Source: Saccostrea echinata (Eukaryota). From it: DNA of 64,000 bases. The position numbers and the translations under genes are program-made. Below the pieces are notes generated by a model. The model was not told where the DNA came from, searched no databases, and worked only from the letters and a program-made list of their open reading frames with translations. The stretch is from assembly GCF_033153115.1 (NCBI RefSeq), contig NW_026889796.1:8928001-8992000 (forward strand). The letters run 5' to 3'. Numbering within the stretch: the stretch's first letter is position 1; the number at the start of each line of letters is the position of its first letter. Positions 37,301 through 48,047 of the stretch are shown piece after piece.

Positions 37301-39863
37301 TACTTTGTCCATTTTTATTCCCTGCAATCAAAGAAGAAGCTGATGCAAAATTCACAAGCATGATGGCTTATTAGCATCCACTACAAAGTCAACACAGCAG
37401 TAATGTCTCATCAAAATTCAAAGGTCACAAATGCTGCTGCTTTTTATGAATGTGATCACAAAAAAAATGTTATTAAATGATTGTGGCATAACTTTGGACT
37501 TTTTCTGGGCAGTATAAATAAGTACAGAAACATATGCACATTTATATGCCTTATTGTATGTTTCATATTCCAGGATTTCCAAAATGAAGTACAAATATAA
37601 CTCCTTCAGTTTTACTTGTCTTATGTTGTCGGGTACACTCATTCAACACTATACTTACTGTTCACTGCTCCTGATTACAAATATTACAAAATTCATCAGT
37701 TTAAGAAAAAAACATGAACTTTATAATCTTGAAGTGAAATACACTGAACAGTATTTGGATCCACCTATGTAGAAAGATAAATTACATACTTCGCTGATGA
37801 TTTTCCTCCTTTCTTGCCACTTGTGCTAGCAGTATCCTCCTCCTTGACAGGAGTTGCCCTGTCCCCTCCTGACGCCGCTAGTTCAGCTGCTTCCTTGGCC
37901 AACCTTTCCTCCTCTTCAGCTTTTAGTTCTTCATAGAGCTTCCTGCAGAGCAAGCAAAGTTACTGAAACATTTAACATAACTTGTTATTTTCATACTAGT
38001 ATACTTTCTGGAAAAATTATTGTGAAAAATAATTACTCTTAAATATGTCTACAGGAAAATACATTGGCTCTAAATGCTACTTCATCTTTTGCCATTAAAT
38101 CTTTCAGAATTAAAAATTCAAGAACGATAGCTTGCATACATGTAGCTTCTTTTATCGGAGTCTACAACTAAGAAATAATATGCAGTATCCCCACAATCTG
38201 TCTACGTATAAAAACAGATAATTACGTTAGTATGTTATCTACATCTGACTGCAGGGCTGGGTCCACTCCCTGCAATCTGTTGTTGATGTCTCCATTAAGT
38301 AGAGCAATAGCTGCCTCTACACTGGCCTCTCTAGACTTGTCCTCCTCCTCCCGTTCCTCAGGCTTTGTGTTCTCGGGTAAGGAACTGTTTGTAGATGAAT
38401 TCAGAACTGTTGCAGCCAGCTACAAAAAATACCAAAATAATATCCAAAAATTTGCTCATAACTTTTGCATATTTTAAAAGCATATAATGCAGGAAAATAT
38501 TTTATGCAGATCTCATTATATCAATCAAAACCACTATACCTTTTTATTATTTCTTAATGTACAGTACATGTCTGCTTGAATTGTTGTCTGTCCTTTGCTA
38601 TCAAAACCATGTCTTGCTGATACCTATAATGGAATATGGAAGATAAAATTTGTAAAATGAAAAAAAAACAAGTTATGTCAAAAAATGCCTTTTTGCCAAA
38701 TCATACCCTCATATGCCATGTTATGAGTTGAGAGGTAGCATAATGATAAGGTAGGCCTAACTAAGACAGCAAGAAACCGTCTTTACTTCAAATTCTTAGG
38801 GTAACGGGTGGGTTCGCCCTAATTACATGTTCGCTCTGAGTGGTTTCACCCCAATTATACCTGTGTGTATTTTGGCAGTTTGCTATGACAAATTTTCAAT
38901 GTTTTATGGTTTTTGCGTGTGTGTTATGGGAAATGTTTTTATTGTATCTAAAGCGATCTATTCGTTACACCTATTTGATTACGATTTTAATAAAGTAAAT
39001 TTACTTCAATCAAAATTTGAGAAAAAGATGGAGATTGTTGGAATAAAATTATAAATTGAAACAATTGAACTAAACTTGTATATTTTACATACATGTGAAT
39101 TAAGTTGTTTTTTCACATGATTTTTTGAAGAAAAGTTCATATTATCTGTCGTTAAAATCAGAAATAATTATTTAGTATTGATCCACAACCATAATTAAAT
39201 TCAATTATTAAAGTGCTCAATAATTATGTTAATCTAAACTCAGTGATAAAACGACGTTTGTTTAAATAAACATCAAGTACACTGTATGATTGAAGAAAAC
39301 CACTCGGGGCGAATCCACTCAGGGTGAACAGGGAAACGCCCCGAAACCACTCAGCACGAACAGGTAGTAGGGGTGAAACCACCCAGATTCAATCTTAGGA
39401 GGGGGTCTACTTCTAATATAAAATGGTGGTGTGTGCAAGGGTGGAGTGGGGGTGTCACAAAGTCGTTTTAAGCCTTTGTAAGTAACTATGATCAAAAGCA
39501 AATTCTGTAGCACTAAAAACCACAATCTCCTACCAGATTCACCCTTGAATAGTACCTGTGATATGAGAGGTGTCTTCGCAAATTCTGCAAAGTAGTTTGC
39601 CTACAATAAAAACAAATTGAAAGTGTGAATTATTATATACATTCTTTAATTATATCAACACTAAATCTTTTTTACGTTCAAGGCAAAGTTTTGTAAAAAG
39701 TACGTACCAAATGTCCGTAAACATCGTTTGGATTGTCATAGAACATAGAATTTAATACTTCTTCCATTTTCTTTGGTACACCATTTTGATCGTAATACTT
39801 TACTGCTCTCTGCTTTAATTCGTATCTTTCTCGAGCCTCTGCTGTAGAACTTGCAGAGGCCAT
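29415..39863 (-). CDS. eno4: Enolase 4 (divergent, sperm/flagellum-associated enolase-like protein), ~592 aa
   Basis: Thirteen phase-consistent exons: 39863-39708, 39600-39556, 38623-38540, 38419-38226, 37942-37790, 35383-35218, 34591-34463, 34335-34273, 33877-33713, 31552-31427, 30219-30024, 29886-29819, 29648-29415. Enolase-fold motifs FDSKGQTTIQ, VPLYQHIA, IPIPMVTII, KEFMVVP, IIDP, GETTDTFLADMAVG, KIGAPVRGERIALFNRLIQIE, plus ENO4-type N-terminal extension and Lys/Glu-rich insert. Confidence 0.92.
30262..31384. mobile_element. Non-autonomous Helentron/HINE-type element with ~166-bp Cg170-like tandem core, in an eno4 intron
   Basis: Ends AACAAGA..CATGGG.CACATTGCTCACTTGAG and TCACTTGAGC..TAGCTCAGGTGAGCTAAAAA; 4-5 repeats of TTGTGGCCCCACCCTAC...GGGTCATGATTTGAACAAACTTGAATCTACACTACCTGAGGATGCTTCC. 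Confidence 0.9.
36349..36354 (-). CDS. eno4: Candidate 6-nt eno4 microexon
   Basis: CTGTTTCCAG|TAAGAA|GTGAGT; phase 2-2, compatible with the flanking exons. Confidence 0.4.
37138..37167 (-). CDS. eno4: Candidate 30-nt eno4 alternative exon
   Basis: TGTTTTCAATCAG|TAACAGCATTGCTGGTGATCTTGATTTCTT|GTAAGT; phase 2-2, open (NSIAGDLDF). Confidence 0.45.
37659..37670 (-). CDS. eno4: Candidate 12-nt eno4 microexon
   Basis: TTTGTAATCAG|GAGCAGTGAACA|GTAAGT; phase 2-2, open (SSE). Confidence 0.45.
38800..39390. mobile_element. MITE with GGGTGG(G)TTC(G/A)CCC subterminal repeats, possibly Mutator-like, in eno4 intron 2
   Basis: Left GTAACGGGTGGGTTCGCCC, right GGGTGAAACCACCCAGATTC; flanks AATTCTTAG and AATCTTAG resemble a ~9-bp TSD. 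Confidence 0.6.
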
Positions 39864-39960
39864 TTTGTGTTTATTTATTTTCTTGAAAAACTAAATTACT
39901 CCGCAGGTATTACCCTTTACACAGAATAAACAAGCAGTTCTTGTAAGCGTCTTCAAATAT

Positions 39961-39983
39961 CCGCCATATTCAACGTTGCTATG
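39961..39983. promoter_or_regulatory. YY1-like and RFX X-box-like motifs upstream of eno4
   Basis: CCGCCAT at 39961-39967 and GTTGCTATG at 39975-39983, about 100 nt upstream of the ATG. Confidence 0.4.
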
Positions 39984-41449
39984 TGGGTCAAGGGAATATT
40001 TTCGAACACATCAATTCGATTTGCATTTTTAATTATGTTCATTGTCTTATTTATTTTAAAAAAGATTTCTTTACAGAATACCTTCTATGTAAAAAGAACT
40101 TTGTTTAAAAAACGAAAATACGAAACTATGACAAGTGTTTGTTTTTTTTAAAACAATTCGTTCTGTATCAAATTCGTTTTCATGCGACAAACTATATATA
40201 ACCACGCCACATTCCCCCCAGATTTTGTAACGATTGTACAATAAATACACATCAAATAAAGTCAAAGTAAATGTAGAAATGCAGAGTGTGGTTGATCGAA
40301 AGAATCAAAATTGTCATTGATCGGAAGGAAGAGACAGTTTAATTGTGCTGAAATTCAATAATATAAATAAAGAAATTTGGAGAATGTGTTTAATTCTGTT
40401 GTAAGAATACGATCGTCTTCTTTATGTTTAAGGGAATTTGGAGGGAAGTAAGAAATGAATTCTTAACCGGATATCATTTGTGTTGATCAAGGCTGCTTTA
40501 GCATTTTCGCAGACGAGATTACACTAGATTAGCCTGTTAAGGTCAGACGACCTTAATAATATAATTTTTTTCCAAGAATTTGTTATTGATTGAAGTATTG
40601 CTACTTTAACAAGTTTCCTCTCAAAAATTAAGGTACCTTACCAGGCATTTGTGCAAGATACCAGAAGATGTTATTTACTATATAATCCTTTTTGGAAATC
40701 TTTTTGGAAAAGTTGAGTGTACGGACTGCACTCTGTAAATTTTTTTTTACCCACATCTAACGCATTATGCGAGGCAGTACGCATTGGTGAGACTGACATT
40801 TCGGTAAGACACGAGTATAAGCATATGTTATCTCAGTCCCACAGAGAGTCCAAAATATCTATGAAATTATATTAATCTGTTAGCTAGGGATGAGATCAAA
40901 ATTCGCTGTGTTGAAAAAAGGCAAATTCAACTACTTAGGGGAGGGGGAATAAAGAGTCCAAGAAGTTTTTGTTGTCCAACATCATAAATACACAAAATAA
41001 CCCCGGCGATACTTAATGTTACTAGTATTTTAAATGTTTTCTTTTTTTAAATTATATGAATAAACAAAAGAAATATAAGTTATTAACAGTGTAACAAATT
41101 TTAATATTTTATATTTGAAATTGAATCAACATTCGTCACATTGTCTTGAAGGGAAGAAGACGTTTTGGATGAAAGCTTTCTGATTTTAGTTGTGGGTTTT
41201 TTTTCAGTCTTGAAGTTTTTATCTCGTCCCTTGCATAAAAAAAAATTCATGTAACTTAAACGTTTTGCTATGTTGGTACAAATTGCCAGAAGCCGAAAAT
41301 TTCTCTTTCTGAGAGTAATTACGTTGTTATGGTAGCTGAAAAAAATTCGTAAGGGAAAGATAGCATGAAAAGGGCTAAAATAAGAGTACCACTGAAGTAA
41401 ATGCAGAGCATCAATCGGAAGCATTTAAATTGTTTTGCTTTTAATATGA

Positions 41450-41920
41450 AGCACCGAATTAATATAAACTCAAATAACTGAAGATGTATCTTTAATTATC
41501 TGAAGATATCAATATTCTTCTTGATCGATTGGCAGATAAATTCTCTTCATATACTTCATAAATGATTATCCTCAATTCTGAATTATTGCGCACTTTAACT
41601 CAAAATACTTGAAGCAGAAAGATATCTTGTTAATATGCCTCGAAAATTTTTAACTTTAGATGCAACAATTTTAAACTCTCTATTGAAACTGGGAGATGGA
41701 ATGGTCTCCCAAGAGAACAAAGGATTTGTACTTTATGTGATCTTATTAAGATTGGTGATGAATTTCATTATGTTTTTGAATGCACACAAAAAGAAATTAA
41801 AGAGGCAAGGTTAAAATATATTTCAAAATATCTCATATGCAGACCAAATATAGAGAAATTTAAACAACTTTTTTCAACAAGTTTTTCTGTATTGAAAAAA
41901 TTATGCAAATTTTGTAGTCA
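41450..41920 (+). mobile_element. 3' fragment of an RTE-X-like LINE (C-terminal CCHC zinc knuckle)
   Basis: From 41655 reads FRCNNFKLSIETGRWNGLPREQRICTLCDLIKIGDEFHYVFEC...RPNIEKFKQLF. Confidence 0.78.
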
Positions 41921-42957
41921 AGACCAGGTAAAAAAAACTTTCTAGAAAGTTTAATTTTCATTGTTCCATATACATGTACCTAGAAAATTATGAATTTTAT
42001 AAATTTGCACGAAGGTCAACTTGGGTAGTGACTAAAATTCTGTACAGATGAACAGAGACGTAAAATATAAATTTTACCGGAAATTTTTTCTTAGGTGTCA
42101 ATAAAGACATTCAGTTCCCCTTTTTATTGCTATGAGGTATTCTTCTTCTATTTTATAGGTGGAATTTATTTTAATTTTATATAGAATTAATTAATATTGA
42201 AAAATAGCGATTTTCGCTATTAAATAGCAGTCCATGCAATCCTTGTCCTGTTTTACTTCTTACATTGCATATATGAATTTAATTTATGATAGTTATAATT
42301 AATTCAACACTAGAAACTGTTCACAGGTTTCAAATGTACCAATTCTCTCTAAATCTAGACCGGTAAAAATAATTAGAATTTTCTGGCATGGTACAAGATT
42401 GAAAAGCCCTCCATCCCCATCCCCCCACCCCAAAAACAAGCAAACAAACAAACAAACAGAACAATTTTTTTTAAATTTAATATCGCCTGCCCAGAGTTAT
42501 ACATGTTAAGTAAAAATATACAGGAAAAAGTACTCTTTTTCAACCCGCAGTGAAAATCTAAATTTACATTTAAAATAATTTAGTCTAACCTTGTGTTCAG
42601 ATTTATATAAAAAAAAAATGAAAAGGCATTATTTTTTTTATTTATTCAATTATTTGTCTTTCTTGGCGCAAAGAAAATAAATACAGATTCTAAAATAATA
42701 TACAAGTGCATCTTATTTCGATGTATCGGACTGAGTGAAATTCATGAAAATTTAATTATTTTTACAGAATCTTGACAAAATGTAATTTCAAAAATTAACT
42801 TAGGAGGCAAAATTTGAAGAGAGCAGATATTCATCACATGACAATTGCAACGTCACAATAACAATTATGACGTCAGTAAACTTTAGCTTATTGGCAACGA
42901 ATGGTGGAATAGTGTTGTCGTCTAATCAAAGAAAAAAAATCTGTGCTTGGAAGTACA

Positions 42958-45900
42958 ATGGATACCCAAAGTCAGGTGAGTAGCAACTTTGAAAAAAGTT
43001 CAGCAACATATATGCATAATTCACTAGTTATAATATGTGCATTTCTCTCCAATCATTTTTTTAATTAATACAAAATTATCCTGACAATAGCGTTAGGAGA
43101 GTCCACTAAAAACTTGACAAAATATGCACTCTAAATATTTGAAGAAATTTTAGGATACAGGGATTTATTGTAATATAATTTAAAACAGTATTTCATGTTA
43201 ATATTGAACGAAAATAAATGCTTTTAATAAATCAAAATTACATAAAATAATAGGCTATAAAATAATTTTTATCAACTGTGATTTCAAACTCATTAAATAA
43301 AATAAGTTGTGGTTACAGGAGGGATTTTTATTATCTTCTATCAATACAAAGTACTATTCGCACAGGAGCACAACTTTTACAATTCTTAAGTGACATGAGT
43401 GTGCCACTATTCATGTTTCAAATCACTGTCTTTTATATGAAGTAAAATCGGGTGTTTTCTTCAAAATTTAATCAAAATACGATCAATTTATAGGTATTGT
43501 CTGCAATATCAGGGAACAAAACTTATTGATACACTGGAATGATTCAGTTTATAAATGTTCAAAATGCTTTGATACACTTTCAATAAACCTAATTTTATTA
43601 AGATTTCATCTAATGGTTCCAACTAGTTTCTAATTTATCCGTGTCTTGATTTTATAGAGCGAGATCTTGGATTTTGGAGAGGACCCCGTGACCAGTATGG
43701 TAGGTGTTTTTAACTTCATATAATGAAATTTCAGTTTAGTTTTGATTTCACACAGTACATTAGGGACAGATTAGCCAATGTCATATAAATTTTACGGTAC
43801 CTTTTCAGGAGGCCAAATTGGCAATATTAGCTTTCCCATACAATTGGGCAGATATGGTGGAACAAGAAGAGAAGTTAAAGGTATTTATATGTCAGTAATC
43901 AACATATTGCATATATTTGATTATGTATTGTTTATATTCAGCGCAAAATACCATTTATGAAACAGGTTCCTGGCAAACAAAATCACGTACATGTTAAAAG
44001 TTTTCTTTCTTGGAATGCAAAAGTAAATATGTTTTTTAAAGTATAATATCTTTCTCTCTCTCTCATATTTATGAAATTATAAAAATATAAATCGTAAATT
44101 TCAGAATAATGATGTCCCGCCTCAGGAGCATCTAGGCCAGAGTACTGTTGTCGAAGCAGCGGGATCTTCTACTGCAGAATTGGCCAATTCTAAGGTAGAA
44201 AAAAAATGTAAATAAATATGTTACAATAGTTATATTCATATACTTAGGGGTTAGGGTGAGAGTGTTCTCTCTGGCATGAGAGCTAGTCTTTGGGTTGGGG
44301 TTAGCTTTAGGTTTCCTGTTGGGCTAGGGTTAGCATTCAAAGAGGATTAGGGTTAGGCTGATGGGGTTATGCTGAAACTTAGTCTTTCATAAAAGTTATT
44401 CCATAGTATGCTTATTCTGTTTTAACTTGGTTTTAGATACCTGCATTTCCTTTAAAGAAAGAAAGCAAAGGCTTCTATGACCCAAAGTTATCAAATGAAG
44501 CCAACGACTATAAGGACTTAGACACAAATATATGTCCAAAACAAAGAAATTCTCACTTATTGCCTTATGGAGAAAAAGATATTCAAGAGACTGAAGCTAA
44601 CAGTAATGCGTCCCCTGAGAAAACGGACGAGGCGTCCCGAATTGACAATTCTGTGATACAGGGTATGGAGAGACTGGTACACATCTTTGATGCCAAATCT
44701 GGAATTGTAGTTGGTGAGATTCATGCTCAGTACCTTCCCCGTGAATGGGACGAAGACGATAGACCACCGGCGATAAGCACAGCTGAAACACAATCAAGTA
44801 GGATAGAATGTGGTGCCGCAATACCCCAAGAGTCACAGGTTAGATAATTTTTTTTTTTAATCTTTCGTAAAAGATGTGAAATGATTAAACTGGATAAAAT
44901 ATGTTTATTTACCTATCTGTGTCTAATTACAGAGCTCATATTCTCAAACCACCATGTGGGATGGACAAACTGCTACATGCAGCACCAATGGTGCAAAAAC
45001 TTCTAAATGCAGCGGCCCCGAAAATCGAAAAATGTAAGGATGAAATTTTAACTTACACAAAGTTTTAAGATGTGGCATATTTGATTTTCCATAATTCAAT
45101 AGCTTGCATTCTTAATTTTGAAATGAACGCATTTGATCTCTGTTACAGGAAAATACCTGGACTGGAAATCATAGACACAGAAATTCCTCTTCTTTCAACG
45201 GAAGTAAGAATATGATTTTTTTCCTCTCAATTATTTTTGCATGGATTTTATGACTAGACTGAGATTATGTTCTGAACATTGATGTTGATGTGGTTTAAAA
45301 TGAATTGTAAGGTTTATTCAATAGTAATACCTTGTGCTTTTGTTGATTTGTGTCATGAATTCTCGTACAAAGGCAATGTGAATAAAACCAAAAAAAGCTA
45401 ATTTAGGCGATCTCTAAAAATGTTCTTTTGTTGTCCGTATGTAACAATATTTAGTTCCCATTTCATATATTAAAATGTTTTGAATATCAGAGAGGACAAT
45501 CACAACATGGATGACGATTTTGTATTTTTTATTTTTTTTGGGGGGGGGGGGTTGCTTTTAGTTTTTGGTGGGGGGGGGGGGGGGGTTAGATTTATCTTAC
45601 CACAAAAAAAGAAAACTAAACTAAACAAACAAACAAACAAATGATGTCTTTCCAATAAATAGAATTTTGTTATTTAAGATTTCCATAAGATTTATATTTC
45701 TTTTTAACAGATTATTGAGTCCCACATCCAGGAATCAAAGTCGGAAACTGACGTAGAAAGCGATTATTTGACGAGACACCCTCTGATGCGCCTCTTTCTT
45801 TGTGGAGCATGTTGTTGCTCAGTGAGTACAAGTTCCCGAATACCTAAGATATAAATCATTTGTTTTAGAAGAACTTATCTGTAAACGAATATTGCATTTG

Positions 45901-45996
45901 AATATTTGATATAATTTTCAGAAAAAAGGAAAATCCAAGGATATTGAGAAAGTTGGACTGTTGCAGAGAATCCGGAAGATTTTCCGAAGGAATTAA
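42958..45996 (+). CDS. Orphan protein copy 3 (321 aa, single NWADMVEQEE module)
   Basis: Nine GT-AG exons 42958-42975, 43658-43699, 43809-43880, 44105-44194, 44437-44838, 44933-45033, 45149-45203, 45711-45821, 45922-45996; open from MDTQSQ to RLFLCGACCCSKKGKSKDIEKVGLLQRIRKIFRRN*. Confidence 0.82.
44242..44382 (+). repeat. Degenerate telomere-like (TTAGGG) insertion with ACTTAG direct repeats
   Basis: TTAGGGGTTAGGG...GGGTTGGGGTTAG...CTAGGGTTAG...TTAGGGTTAGG; absent from the same intron in copies 1 and 2. Confidence 0.75.
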
Positions 45997-47074
45997 ATGA
46001 ACATATCTAACTGTTACATGCATCTGAAATAAGAAGCTAATCTGTGATATATGTTTATTAGATTTAACTTTATTAAATCTTAAATTATTTTTTGACCTGC
46101 ATTATTTTTTTTATTTAATTAGTTGATTCTATTGGCTTGATGTAATGGAAGTAGAATGATTTCACGATCAATTGTCATTACCATAGGTACATAATTTAAA
46201 AACGTTGTCTATCCAATATATTACTAAATATAATCATGTAATGAAAAAAATGAAGTTCTTTTTAAATAAAACCAGAACTCAGATGGTAATCCAGGGTCAA
46301 GCACTTTTTTTTAAATCTATTACTCACTGTATTGTATGAGCTACTCTTGTAAAAAAAAAAAAAGCAATAACATTTAAAACTCAAATCAGACCTTGGATCC
46401 ACACAACATTTCATGCATATGCATGGTAGTGTAGTCAAGACTCCAAAATAACTTTATGGAACATTTTATGGTCAATGTTCCTCGTATAAAGATATTATGA
46501 AGTTTATCGGCAAAAAGGTCAACTTCAGTAGTGGATAAATTTTTTGTGCAAACGAACGGAGAAAGATATTTCATCTTTAACTAGCAATCTCCTCAAATGT
46601 CGATAATAGAATTCAATTCTCCTGATGTAATACACTGTATGTCATTTTTTATGCCAATCATCCCCTTTTTATTAACAAGTGGAATTTATTTTTATTTTTT
46701 TAAAGATTTAATCTCGCAAAATTTTCGGTACATGTAGTAAATAGCATTTCAAGCCTTCATTGTCACGTTTTTCTTTTTTAAAATGCATGTATCGAATTAA
46801 ATTTATGATAGGGCTTTTTTGTTTAACCCGATTCTAAGTTTCATCACCTAGACTCTCTTTTAAAATACCAAAAGCTTCAAACTTTGGACGGACAGCATAC
46901 AAACAAAGTTTGGCCTTATTTTTATCCTTTCATAATATTCCTAAACATGTCGTAACCCGTTTCTCCGATACAGTTTTTCTCTCTTAGAAGTAATTTTCAC
47001 CAAAATATAATACATTTCATCAGAAAATGACAATAATCATTACATTCTAAAGAATCGCCAAATACTGAAGATAC

Positions 47075-47240
47075 AATGATGAAGTATTAGCATATATAAT
47101 GTCAATGTATCACCATATTATGAAGAAATATCGGCATATGAAGTACCCGCATATAATGACAAAGTCTCACTTTATTATGAAGAAGTATCAGCATATAATT
47201 ATAAAGTACCAGCATATCATGTCAAGATATTATCATGGAG
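47075..47240 (+). repeat. Degenerate ~21-bp minisatellite
   Basis: About 8 variants of (A/T)ATGA(A/C)GAAGTATCAGCATAT. Confidence 0.65.
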
Positions 47241-48047
47241 AAGTATAATCACAACATGAATATTATCAACACAAGGCAGTTATTGATGAATACATTTATT
47301 TACTGAAGTAAATGAATGTCTTCATCAATAGGTAAGAATATTCTTTGCTAGATGCTGTTGATTGAAAATTTTTGGAAGATGGACCAAACTGTACACTACC
47401 TTCCCATTTTTTAAAAAATTTTAAATCAAAGAGGCACATGTATTAATATTCTGGGTTTTTTTTATTAAGACGATTTCCATAGAAATTATTACAGATGTTA
47501 ATGTTACGCGGAATAGAAGCAAACAAGCGGACCTGATCAATTTTAAACCTGTCTACAATATATACATACAAAATATGTTTTAAATATTCAACTTTATATA
47601 AATATTTAAAAAGAGATCAAATCAAGTAAGTTGTTGTACATGAGGTATCCATGTTAAATGAAATTAACTGATAAGATATTATTACACTTTCTAGTGTATA
47701 AAAGCCTCAAAGCATCACGCGTTAGCATTTATCTGTCCACTATGTAGTTTGTGGTTAACAAAGCTGGTTCCCATTAATGTAGAATAATTTTTGATGCCTT
47801 GCTGAAATCACCTATTAAAAAGATGAAAAAAAGTGAGATATACATGTAATTCACATGCAAACCATTAACTTTTATTACTTTGCAAAAAACAAAATGTCTT
47901 AAAATGATTAAAAATAGAACATTTATTACTTTGTCAAAAAAGAAACCTATCATGGAATAATTCAAAAGTTGAACCACCAATTTAAGCATGTGTCATGAAA
48001 CATTTTACTAGTTAGATACTGTACCCTTTTTAAAATGCATGCATTGT

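Larger units (their letters stand above)
41935..46831. repeat. Inverted third copy of the orphan-gene segment
   Basis: Reverse complement matches the unit 1/2 upstream flank (41941 vs ~19465), all exons, and the downstream flank (46385-46831 vs 19980-20410). Confidence 0.93.

Noticed and set aside
40290-40560. Possible LINE 3' remnant upstream of eno4
   Set aside because: Too degenerate to translate a convincing motif.
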